Source: Callorhinchus milii
Taxonomy: Eukaryota
Length of the DNA stretch: 64,000 nucleotides
Assembly (NCBI RefSeq): GCF_018977255.1
Contig: NW_024704748.1
Location: forward strand, 27,156,001 to 27,220,000
Direction: 5' to 3'
The translations under genes and the position numbers were made by a program. Each line of letters begins with the position of its first letter. Position 1 is the stretch's first letter. Below, piece by piece: positions 42,601-54,387 of the stretch. The notes under the pieces were generated by a model, which worked only from the letters and a program-made list of their open reading frames with translations, did not search any database and was not told the origin of the DNA.

Positions 42601-42884
42601 GTGTTGACTTTCACCAGTTCTTATACCGAAGGGCTGTTAGTCAGATTCTATCTGCAGAATAAACACCCAAGTCTTATTTAGGGATTAGTTTCTGTCAAAT
42701 AGGAGAAAAATTGGGGAGGGAATCAGGAACATTAAGAAGCAAGTTGAATATAAGAAAAGTTGTTTTTTTGAGAATACAATTGTTAAGAGGCCAGTTATAA
42801 TCGACAGGTCACTTTAAACAAACATTGCAGACATGTCCAGATGTCCTGCATGCAGAATGCAAATTGGTTGCGATCATGTCTAAA

Positions 42885-43300
42885 CAATACAACAAAATTA
42901 CCTTATAGAGAGCGCCTTTCACGTCAGGAGGACATCCCAAGGCGCTGGACAGTCAGGGGTCAGGACCCGAGCATCGGGGAGGGGTGGGGGATGGGTGAGG
43001 GAAGGCAGAGAGGTGGGAGGGTGACTGAAGGCACGATCGAAGAGGAGGGTCTTGAGACCGGCCTTGAAGGAGACAAGGGAGGAAGCGAGGCGAAGGGACT
43101 GCGGGATGGAGTTCCAGAGTGTGGGGGCAGAGAGGCTGAAAGCCCGGCCACCGATGGTACAGCGGGTCGGGCAGGAGACATGGAGCAGCCGTAGCCCGAT
43201 GAATGGAGGGACCGGGCAGGTTGGTAGGGAGTCAGCAAGTCAGAGAAGTAGGAGAGGCCATGGCCTTAACGGTGAGGATGAGGATCTTGAATTCAATCTG
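42885..43300 (-). mobile_element. L2 LINE 3' fragment
   Basis: Tail stem-loop gcgcctttcacgtcaggaggacatcccaaggcgc and L2 ORF2-end homology. Confidence 0.8.
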
Positions 43301-43564
43301 GATATGAACACAATGTAGACAGGCCGTCCGGCCTGCAATACTGGGGTATGCTGCATTGTCAGAGGTGCTGTCCTTTGCACGAGATGTTTAATCGAGGTCC
43401 CATTTGTGCCTGCTCAGGTGAACTTTAATGATCCTGTGGCACTATTCAAAAAGGATTTGTCCCGGTGTCCTGGCTGACAATCTCCCAGAGAAGGCAACTG
43501 ATCAATACCACAATCTCTACATTAGTCAGCATATTATGCTATTGTTACTATAACAATAAATTAG

Positions 43565-44224
43565 TTATATAATGCCTTTCACATCAGGAGGATGTCCAAA
43601 GGCGCTGGGATACTGAGAGCTGGGGTTTGGGATCAGAGGGGTGGAGGAGGGAAGATGACCGAGGGCATGGTTGAAAAGGTCTTGAGATGAGCCTTGAAGG
43701 AGGCAAGGGAGGGGGCAAGGCAGAGGGTCTCCGGGCTGGCGTTCCAGATAGTGGCTGAAGGCCCGGCCGCCAATAATGTAGCAGGCAGGGTGGGGGACAT
43801 GGAGCAGGCCGGAACCTGTAGAGTGCACAGATTGGTGAAGTTGGTTACAGATCCTCACCCTTGTCTTCAAATCCCTCCATTCCTCTGCCCCCCCCCACCT
43901 CTCTGACCTCCTTGCTCCTCAAAACAGTGCCTGTTGCCTTCGTTCCTCCGGGTCTGGCCTCCTCCTTGTCCCCCGAGTCCTCTGCTCCACCTTTGGCATC
44001 TGTGCCTTCAGCCACTATGCCCCGAGGCTCTGGAACTGCCTTCCTCACTCCCTTCGTTTCACTCCCTCCCTTCCCATTTTCAGGTCTCTGCTGAACTTTT
44101 CTTTTCGACCATGGCTTTGGTCACCTTCCTCCCCCCGGCTCGGCCCCGGGATCCGTTACTGTGAAGCGCTCTGAGATGCCATCCGGCGCGGAGGGCACTA
44201 TATAAGTCCCAAGTTGTTGTTGTT
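43565..44224. mobile_element. Two L2 3' fragments back-to-back (43565-43830 minus; 43850-44224 plus)
   Basis: L2 3' tails point outward at both ends. Confidence 0.7.
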
Positions 44225-45339
44225 ATACAGTATTTGGCTGTGCCTGGACTGATATTTTACTATAGTTGCTAACAAAATAGATATTTAATTGAAACCATTA
44301 CTGACCTGGTTATTGTTTCACAAGTGACTACTTACACCGGTGGAGATGGGGGAAGCAGGGAGGAGGGGACAGGCAAAGTTCCCACCATTATTTGGCCCTG
44401 TGTGAAGGTGGATGACAGGCGTGTAAGTATAAAAAATATTATGTAGGCAAATATAGTGGCCATTTTTCAATGCAGAGTTGGGGTTCTCTCTCTTTCTCTC
44501 CTCCCACTGCGCTATTTGAAGCTGCCCAAATAGCTTCCTCCATCAGTCATAAACCCACGACATGCCGAGCATCTCGAGGAACCGTCAACTCCCAATGACC
44601 CTGGTGTGAGCGCAGAGAGGCAAGGAGACATAACACAGTGAAAAGGTTGTATATTTTAATGTATAGTATTATATACAACACACTGAAGCTGTACCAAAGT
44701 CACAAGCCAGCTCAGGACAGAGGAACAGTAAAGCACCAGCAAGCTTCACGGTACATGTCCACCTGGGACTGCCCATCCAGCCGGGCTTTGGCTGTGTCTA
44801 CGTGGCAGTCTTAATATATTGATATAGCGCCTTATCACATCTTCGAGACGTCTCAAAGCGCTTCACAGGATACATTGTAAAGTGAATTGACTGTATATTT
44901 TGTGGGTGAAACACGGCAGCCAATTGCTCGCAGCAGGGTGGACAATTGGACAGTCGTGGATTGAGTGACCAAATTATTATTTTTGTTTTGAAGGGAAAGC
45001 GATCTGCCAATCGACTAACAACCGGGTTCCTACTCACTGTTAGGTAAACAGAGGCGCGTGGAGTAAGGAAACTTGCCCAACATCTCACCCTGCCCGGGAA
45101 TCAAACCAGGGTCCTCTCGCTTGCGAGGCAAGTGTTCTATTATGATGAACTGAACACTGAAACATGTCCGTGAGAATCACGTGTTTACTATGAGGTGGCG
45201 AGTCTCAGCTACCTCGGTGAAGCAGCCTACACCGTGCAAACACCACACTCGCTGGTATAGAAATCCTAGTGTGATGTTTCTGCCTGAGGCTTGAGCTCTG
45301 TGTACAGGGAGAGAGGAAGGATGTCTGTACAGGAGCCCA

Positions 45340-48300
45340 TCACTTGGGCAGTCTCCGGAGTTCATGCACCAGCCAGAGGGCCAGACTGAGCAGCACCAAC
45401 GACCCCGACTGATGGGTCACTGCCAGCGGGGTCGGCACGTACAGGAGCAGAGTGCTGATTCCCAGCCCAGCCTGAGACAGAGAGACACACAGTGAGATCA
45501 CAGAACTACAGACTGCCACGGCAAATACACAGGCCAGGAGCTCTGAGGGGACATACCTCAGTGATGCATCAGATAATAATAACAATCCCTGCATTTGATA
45601 TAGCGCCTTATCAAGATCTTCGAGACGTCTCAAAGCTTCACAGGATATACTAATAAAGTGGAGTGATTGTATTTTGGGTGCTAAATGGGATTGAGAAAGT
45701 TAACCCAGAAGCTTTCTGATCGTCAGGACACCCGGACAGGAGGGCACAGGTTGAGGCGTGTGGGTGGAGTTTCACCAATTAAAGAGTAATTAACAGTTGG
45801 TACAGGATTACAAGGAAAGGTGTGGGTCTCACAGCTGGATGCTGTGCTGGGAGGACAGTGGAGTGGGAATTGGACTAGCTGGTCAGACTACACAAGACAG
45901 CAATGCCCTTTGATCTCAGCCCTCCAGAATTCAACAACAACAACAAAATTATAGCGCCTTGGGACGTCCGCCTGACGTGAAAGGCGCTACACAAATGTAA
46001 TTTTGTTGTTGTGTTGAATTCTGGAGGGCTGAGATTAAAGGGCCTTGCTGTCCTGTGAAGTCTGACCAGCTAGTCCAAATTCCACCCCCGCTCACTCCGC
46101 TCCCCTCTTCAAACATCTGTCCTGTTCCTTATTAAAAGGTACTGACGGACTCTGCCTCGCGCTTGTTTGTGGCTGTGAATTGCACGTTCTCACCGCCCTC
46201 TGTGGAAAGACTATTTTTCTAAGCTTTCCTTTAATTGCCTTTGTGATTGTTACTGGTGTTACTGATTCACTGCTCAGTGAAAATAATCAATTACTGTTTA
46301 ACACGCGATAATCCTCTAACAGGAAACCCTTAACCAGATTAACTACACTGACTGAAGCCCTCAGCTTGCTGCCAGTGTGTGGGTATTGCCACTCAACAGC
46401 TGATGTCCCCTCTTGCTCCCATCTTATCTGACGGTAATGGATTGTGTCTCTACGCCTTACACAGCAGTCGGGCTCCATTACCTGGATGTACACCATGCCG
46501 AGCAGGGAGGCTATTGCCATCTGTGTCCTCCTAGGCATCGGCATCCTCCGGGACAGTGCGTACAGGGCAGTCACTGCCGTCACCGAGGCTATACCCTGAC
46601 ACACAAGAGAAAGTGAGAGAGAGTGTTAGCCTGAAGGAGAGTAATACAGGAACACTGCTCAGACACAGTGTGGAACTGTCCGCAACCTTCACAGCCAAAG
46701 CCCTGGCAGACAGGACGAGAGGCCTGAGCTGGACAGGTAATAATAATCCTTGCATTTGATACAGCGCCTTATCACATCTGTAAGGCGCTTTAAAGCGCTT
46801 CACAGAATATACTGTGAAGTAACTGTATATTTTGTGGGCAAAATTTACCAGGATTCTGTGGTCAAACTGCACAGTTGTTGGATTCTCGAAGACGTTTCTG
46901 AGCGTTGGGGAGAAGGCGAGCAGGTCATCGGGCACCCAGCGCTCTCCCATCTTCGGGAAGGAGTTATAGACCAGGCCAGCGTCTAGGCCAGCTACAAACG
47001 CTCCTGTAACAGTGAAGACATCATACAGCCCCTCCTCACAGCACCCACTGCGCTGGCCACACAAATAATGTCAGACAGCATTTTAATCCTTCAACTTTAT
47101 GTTATAGCCATATCGACCCGTTTTGAATGGTTTGGATTTTATGGATGGCAGTGGAGGGGAGGCCGGCGAGGAGGGCGTTAGAATAGTCCAGCCGAGAGGT
47201 GACAAGGGCCTGGACCAGGGATTCGGCAGCTTTCAGAGAGAGGTATTGGCGGAGACGGGCGATGCGTCAGAGGTGGAAGAAAGCAGTGCTGGTGCCGGTG
47301 ACTGAACCTTCATCCAATCCTCCTACCACTACCCTCCACCCCAACAATCCCAAAGCCCAGAACAGGCTCATGGGCTGAATGGCCTCCTTTTCCAATGTGC
47401 AGCATGACCAGCAGCAACTCCCAGTAAGTAACTTACTCCAGTTCACGTTTAAACAGCGGGTAATAGACAGCCCCCCTCCCCCGCCCCTCGCCATATGCCA
47501 ATGCAGACACAGACACAGCCCATTACCTGAGAGCGCGGTGACAAACACAAGGCCTCCTGTCCCACGGGCAAACTGTCTCATCAGCGCCATCTGCCGGGTG
47601 TTGGGCAGCTGTGTATGAAAGGCTGGTTCACTATAAAATACACAAGCGTGCTGACAGTCGTATGTATGTGTCTGTGACCCAAATCTTAATTATTCCCATA
47701 GAACGGCAACTACAGCACCGAAGCACCGGCTGAGCAGGTCAGTAAAGGCCACAATAGTCCAATACAATAGTACAGTACTCTTCTGGGCTTGGAACATAGG
47801 AACAGAAGGAGACCATTCAGCCCCTCGAGCCTTTTCTGCCATTCTACAAGATCATGGCTGATCTGTACCTCAACTCCAATTACCCCCGTTTACCCCATAT
47901 CCCTTGTTACCCTGACCCAATAAACATCTATCCACCTCAGTCATGAAAATGTGAATGGTTCCTGCCTTTCAGGGGAGAGAGTTCAGATTTCCACTCCCCT
48001 TTGCATTGGGATTAAGGGACTTTAATACTGTGACACAGGGCTGGGGCGAGGACTGGGGTATAACAAACATGCGCTGGGCCCACCTAGAACATAAGAACAT
48101 AAGAATTAGGAGCAGGAGTAGGCCATTCGGCCCCTCGAGCCCGTGCTCCGCCATTCAATAAGATCATGGCTGATCTTCTCACCTAACTCTGATTACCTGC
48201 CCTATCCCCATATCCCCTAATCCCTCTATTTTTCAAGAATCTATCAGTCTCAGCCTTGAAAATGTTCAAGGACTGAGCATCGACAGTCTTCTGGGGTAGT

Positions 48301-51110
48301 GAATTCCATAAATTCACTATCCTCTGTGTGAAGAAATGTTTCCTCAACTCTGTTCTAAGAGGCTGACCCTTAATTTTCAGACTGTGACCCCTGGTTATAG
48401 ATTCTCCCACCGGGGAAACAGACCCTCAGTGTCTACTTTATCAGCCCTTTAAGAATCTTATAAGTTTCAATAAGATCTCCCCTAATTCTTCTGTACTCTA
48501 TAGAGAATATAGCCCTGGTTTATTCAGCCTCTCCTCATAGGTCAGTCCCCTCATCCCAGGAACTAACCGAGTGAATCTACGCTGCACCCCCTCGAGGGCA
48601 AGTATGTCCTTTTTTAAATAAGGAAACCAAGACTGCACACAATACTCTCGGTGCGGTCTCACCAAAGCCCTATACAGTTGCAGCGAGACTTCCCTACTCT
48701 TATATTCTAAACCTTTCGAAATGAACCTGTACCTGTCTGGGAGGCAGCAGCAGAGAAAGGCCAGTCCACAGGCTGGCACAGTACAGCAGCAGTGCAGAGC
48801 CCAGGTGAGCAGCCAGACGATACTGACTGACCCGGGGGACGTCGTGAGAATCCTTCTTCTCCTCCAGCCCACTCTTCACCATGTACCAGCCCAGCAAACC
48901 CTGACAGAGAGAGCGAGAGATATGAAGCAACATTGACAGGAGCTCCCAGCGCCCACCGTCCCCCAGAACAGGTCACCCACAGTCACCCACCTGGAAACAG
49001 ACAAAGCTGCAGAGACCTGCCACCCGCAGTTTCATGCCCGCCGAGAGCCAGCCTCTCCTGAGGAAGTACGCAGCGGGCAGGATGTAGGCCAACCCCACTG
49101 CACGGCCCCACATGCGGTGAGCATACTCCATGTACCAGATACACTTAAACTCACTCACAGTCATGTCGTGGTTCAGGCTGGGGGCAGAGAGAGAGAGAAA
49201 AACGTTCATTTCTGGAGCTTTGGAATGAACTTCCTCACTCCTCAGACAAGATATATAAATCCCTGCTCAACCCACACAGCCCAGTCAGGGGAGCGCACAC
49301 ACACACACACAGCCCAGTCAGGGGAGCACACACACACACAGCCCAGCCAGGGGAGCACACACACACACAGCCCAACCAGGGGAGCACACACACACACACA
49401 GCCCAGTCAGGGGAGCACACACACACACACAGCCCAGCCAGGGGAGCACACACACACACACACACAGCCCAGTCAGGGGAGCACACACACACACACACAC
49501 AGCCCAGTCAGGGGAGCACACACACAGCCCAGCCAGGGGAGCACACACACACACAGCCCAGCCAGGGGAGCACACACACACACACAGCCCAACCAGGGGA
49601 GCACACACACACACAGCCCAGTCAGGGGAGCACCACACACACACACAGCCCAACCAGGGGAGCACCACACACACACACAGCCCAGTCAGGGGAGCACCAC
49701 ACACACACACAGCCCAACGAGGGAAGCACACACACACACACCACACACACACAAGCCCAGCCAGGGGAGCACACACACACCACCACAGCCCAGCGAGGGA
49801 AGCACACACACACACACACAGCCCAGCCAGGGGAGCACACACACCCACACAGCCCAGCCAGGGGAGCACACACACACACACAGCCCAGCCAGGGGAGCGC
49901 ACACACACACACAGCCCAGCCAGGGGAGCACACACACACACACAGCCCAGCCAGGGAAGCACACACACACACACACAGCCCAGCCAGGGAAGCGAGCACA
50001 CAGCCCACCCCACATGCCTGGCTGGCCTGTGCGTCCACTCCCCCGGGCAGGGGCACAGTCCAGTTGCTGGGGCAATCACCTACACTTTGAATTCTGGAAA
50101 CTGCTGGTATTTCTGGAACTCAGCTTCCCATTGCTGCTGTGAACTTGGAGGCTTCATCTCCTTAATCAGGTGCCAGTCCACCATGGACAGGCCAGACTCT
50201 GTCAGCCTGGAGGGGAGAAAGCAAACCTCTCTCAGTGCTCGGGTGAGGTTATACAGTGAGTCAAACAACATCCCACTATTTACCCGGGGGTGGGGGGGGC
50301 GGGAGTAAGAGGGTGACCACTTGGGCGAGATAAGGAAGCCTGTGGAACCCGTTCCTCAATACAAGTCAGTCATTTCCGAAGAGGGAGAGAATTGCTCGGG
50401 GAATCTGCAAAAATGAGTGCACAGACCCAGCTCCGAGGAACGACAACTGTGACGAATAATAATAATCCTTGCATTTGATATAGCGCCTTATTGTGTGCTC
50501 GAGACGTCTCAAAGCGCTTCACACAATATACCGTAAAGTGTAGCGACTGTGTATTTAGTGGGCGACACTAAACAGCAGTGTCCCACAAACTGCTATGGAG
50601 TGAGCGACCGATTTTATTTGGGGAACTGTTGGCCAGCGGGAGAGAGCGAGTGAGAGAGCGAGAGCGCGAGCGCGGGAGAGAGCGAGCGGGAGAGCGCGAG
50701 AGCGAGAGAGAGAAACTCTTGTTGAATGAGCGCTGTGGGATCTTCAAAACTCTTACGTTAAGAATGACTCTTCCACGACTAACCTGGTCACTCCACCAAG
50801 CACGACCGCCCCCACAACCATCCCACTGCACCCGATCAGCCACTTCCCCAGGATCCGGTCAGTGCCGGCGTTCGGCACGGAGGCTGCCGCGGGCTGGACA
50901 GAGGCTTCGGTGGCGATAGAGCTTCGCGCCCGTCTCACAGCCGCCGGTCTCCACCGCAGTGTTACCTGAGGGGGGACGAGAGATAAGTGAGTAAAACCCC
51001 TCGTCAATCACCACCACCCCCTGCAGTCTCCACACGGCGGCCCCCGGGCCGGAGGTCAGCCGGAGCCCCCGGGGGGGGGGGCTCTAGACTGAGGTATACC
51101 AGGCGCCAGG

Positions 51111-51142
<32 letters not shown>

Positions 51143-51267
51143 CACAAAATGTTAACACAGAATATCCTGACAGGAGGCCGAGAGTGTGAGCGGCTGAGAG
51201 GCGGCTGCAGGTCAGTGTCTCTCACCCGGACGGCGCTGAGGCCGCCGCTGACCCGCGGCCACAACAT
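45340..51267 (-). CDS. COX15: Cytochrome c oxidase assembly protein COX15 (heme A synthase), about 394 aa
   Basis: Nine GT-AG exons: 51267-51226, 50965-50784, 50206-50084, 49177-48991, 48900-48733, 47608-47527, 47003-46849, 46595-46482, 45471-45340. Motifs [77 protein letters not shown]. Kozak-like gccATG. Confidence 0.96.
45863..46085. repeat. Long inverted repeat (~85-bp arms) in the last COX15 intron
   Basis: Left arm gaattggactagctggtcagactacacaagacagcaatgccctttgatctcagccctccagaattcaacaacaacaacaaaatta. The right arm is its near-perfect reverse complement. Confidence 0.9.
48086..48725 (-). mobile_element. CR1-type LINE 3' fragment in COX15 intron 5
   Basis: Translation [51 protein letters not shown]; tail (ttcttatg)n. 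Confidence 0.9.
49272..50010. repeat. Minisatellite (acagcccagccaggggagc(ac)n)n filling most of COX15 intron 3
   Basis: More than 20 tandem ~27-38-bp units. Confidence 0.92.
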
Positions 51268-51472
51268 GGCGACGCCGCTCACCCTCCTCACCTCACCCCA
51301 CACACACACACACACCGGTCACATGGCTGCAGACAGCCAATCAGCGCCCGCGCTCGCGGGGCCGCGGCCACTCACCCCGGTCACATGACCGTCATGGCGG
51401 CTCCCAGCCCGGCGTCAGCGGCAGTCACCCACCCACTGCCACAGGCCCGGACACCAGGCCCCGCGGACACAG
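51268..51472. promoter_or_regulatory. Compact CpG-rich bidirectional promoter COX15/CUTC with putative CUTC exon 1
   Basis: CpG-dense. CCAAT box (agccaatca, ~51335-51343). Two ccGGTCACATG E-box-type sites (~51315-51326, ~51377-51390). YY1-like GCCATGTT overlapping the COX15 ATG. Plus-strand donor CAG|gtaacc at 51472/51473. Confidence 0.65.
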
Positions 51473-54387
51473 GTAACCGCCCGCCCCGCCCGGCCCGGCC
51501 CGCCCGGCCCACACCCCTCCCCCGGGGGGTCTCTGAGCTCACAGCCCAGCGCTGGGGGAGAGAGGGAGCCGCGGGGTCACAGGCGCCGCCTTCGGTTGAG
51601 ACGTGAGACCTCACGCCCTCTGTTAAAGAGGCCGCGGCCCCATCATAACAACAACAGTCACACAACAATAACACAACAACAACAGTCCCGCATCTGATAC
51701 GGCGCCTTCTCACGTTTTCTAGACGTCTCAAAGCGCTTCACAGGATATACTGTAAAGTGTAGTGACTGTGTTGTGTAGTGGACTGTGTTTTGTGGGTGAA
51801 ACGCAGCAGCACAACAGCGTCCCCCCAAATAACCGTGGGTTGAGTGACCCATTTTATTGGGGGTTGTTGGCCAGGACACAGGGAGAGAGAGAGAGAGAGA
51901 GAAACTCCCTTCTCTTTTCCAATAGCACAGTGGGATCTTTAACGTCCGCCTGAACAGACAGACGGGGCTTCAGTTTAACGTCTCACCCGAAGGCCAGAAT
52001 CTCAGACAGTGCAATACATCCCATAGCATTGGAGCGTCAGTTTAGAGACTTCGTGATTCCAAATCCTGACGTGTGGGGCTTAAACCCACAACCTTCTGAC
52101 TGAGAGGCGACAGAGCTACCGCTGAGCCCAGCTCACCATTGGGGAAAAGAGAAGGGAGTTTCTCTTTCCCGGCGTCCCGGCCGACAATCCCCCGGATAAA
52201 ATCACTCGCTCATTTCATGGCTCTTTGCGTCAACGTCGCTGTATGTAATTTGGATGCACATCAAACACACAGTTACTAAACTTTACAGTGAAATCCTGTG
52301 ACGCTCACGTCCTCTCGGCGCGATAAGGTGCCATGTCAGATGAAAGATTGTTGTTGTTAATAAATACTTTGCCTTTTTTTGATCTTTACTGCCCAACCCT
52401 GCACCTTTCTCCATACACAACATTCCCTCCCGAGATCACAAGATCATTTTGGGATGAAGAAGGTCCTTCGGCTCATCTGATCTCATCACTACAGAACAGC
52501 CCACTCAGCGCGGTCAGGGTGAGAGAGAGAGACACACACACACTGACCCCCTGTAGCCCTGCCATCCCGCCATCACCACATCAAGCCTTTAAATGTGCTC
52601 TCGGAGATGTTGTCTCGCTTGAAAAGTGCTGCATAAATGCTAATTTTTGTTTGTTTTATATGATCCCAGTATTCTCGCCTCCACCACTTCCCGGCAACCC
52701 TGTTAATTCCCCTCTAAATTAAGAAAACCTTCCTGGTGTCTGTCCTGAAATTGCTCCTTTAGCTCTAAACCTGTGTCCTCTTGTTCTACTGTCGGGATCC
52801 ATCCCAAAGTATTATCCGGGTTCTGTAATAACTTTAAAAAGGGACCTGAACAACAATGTATTTATTGCAGCGTCCTTCACACGGACAGACCAGTGACCTG
52901 CCCTCTCTCACTCTCAAACTTACACATAAATACTGATGGCCACGTGGGGTACTGGAGGGCAATCAGACCCTGTGGAAGCACCCCCCCCAGTGAGAGGAGG
53001 TCAGACGGGGGCAGAGAGGAATATACCAACGCAGAGGAAATTAGCAAGATAATTGGACACAATAAAATAGAAATGTCTTCTGTCTATGACATCATTTTAA
53101 TGACCTGGATCACTAATCACTAAGAATTTTCTCGGTCTCTCCTCATAACTTAGAGTCTCAGACCCAGACTCATCGCAGTGGCTTTCCATTGCCCAATTGG
53201 TGTCCACAAAAACAGATTTAAACCAAGGCCATCTGTACCTTGTTCAGGTGGATAGGCTATGGGGTAAGAGCAGGAGAGTTGGGCTAGTTGGTAGCACTTT
53301 CAAAGAGCTGGCACAGGCACAATGGGCGATAAGGTGCTATATATATAATAATAATATAATAATAATCCTTGCATTTGATATAGCGCTTTTCACGTCAGGA
53401 GGACGTCCCAAAGCGCTTCACAGAACCCACTGTAAAGTGAATTGACTGTATATTTGTGGGCGAACGCGGCAGCCAATTGCGCACAGCAATGTCCCACAAA
53501 CAGTCGTGGATTGAAAATGACCAATCTAATTATTGTTTTTGTTTTTTTGCGGGATTATTATTAGGCTCTGTGTGGAGTAAGGAAACTTGCCCAAGGTTTC
53601 GCCCTCTGCCTGGAATTGAACTCAGGTCTCTCACTTGCAAAGCGAGTGCTCTAACCACTGAGCTACAGGACTCCATATGCTGTAGAATTCTATGATTTCA
53701 TGTTAAAAATCCACTGTACTGTTAGAAAAGAGAAGAGCGATTCTCTCTCACTGTCCTGGCAACAAACTCCCCAGATAAAATTGGTCACTCACTTCATGGC
53801 TGTTTATGCTGTGCACAAATAGCTTACAAAATGCACAGTCCCTGCACTTCACACTAAAATCCTGCAATGCTTTGAGATAACTCAATATGATAAGACGATA
53901 AAATTAAATATGAGAATGATTGTGTGAGTTACTGACTGCCTTGGGAAGGAACTCAGGGAGCTGGTGTGAACACAATGGGCTGAATTAACTCGCACTTATA
54001 ACATTCTAGCTTCAAGACTCAGAATCGAGTTTCCCTTCCTAGGCGGCGATGTCGTTGACATAATAAATATATGTAATAATCTTGAATTTGATATAGCACC
54101 TTATCGTGTCGTCGAGACATCTCAAAGCGCTTCACAGAATTTATTGTGAAGTGGAGTGACTGTATTTTGTGGGGCAAATGCGGCAGCCAATTGCGCACAG
54201 CAGTGCCCCACAAACAGTGGTAGATTGAGTGACCCTGCCCAGGAATTGAACGCAAGTCCTCACACTTGCGAGGAGAGCACACTAACCTCTACAGGACTCC
54301 TGTTGTACATTGTATTGTACTCTGGAAAGTGAGTGTCTTTTTATTTATAAAAAGTCTTGATTTCTGGCCTTTGGTCTGCAGGGTGGG

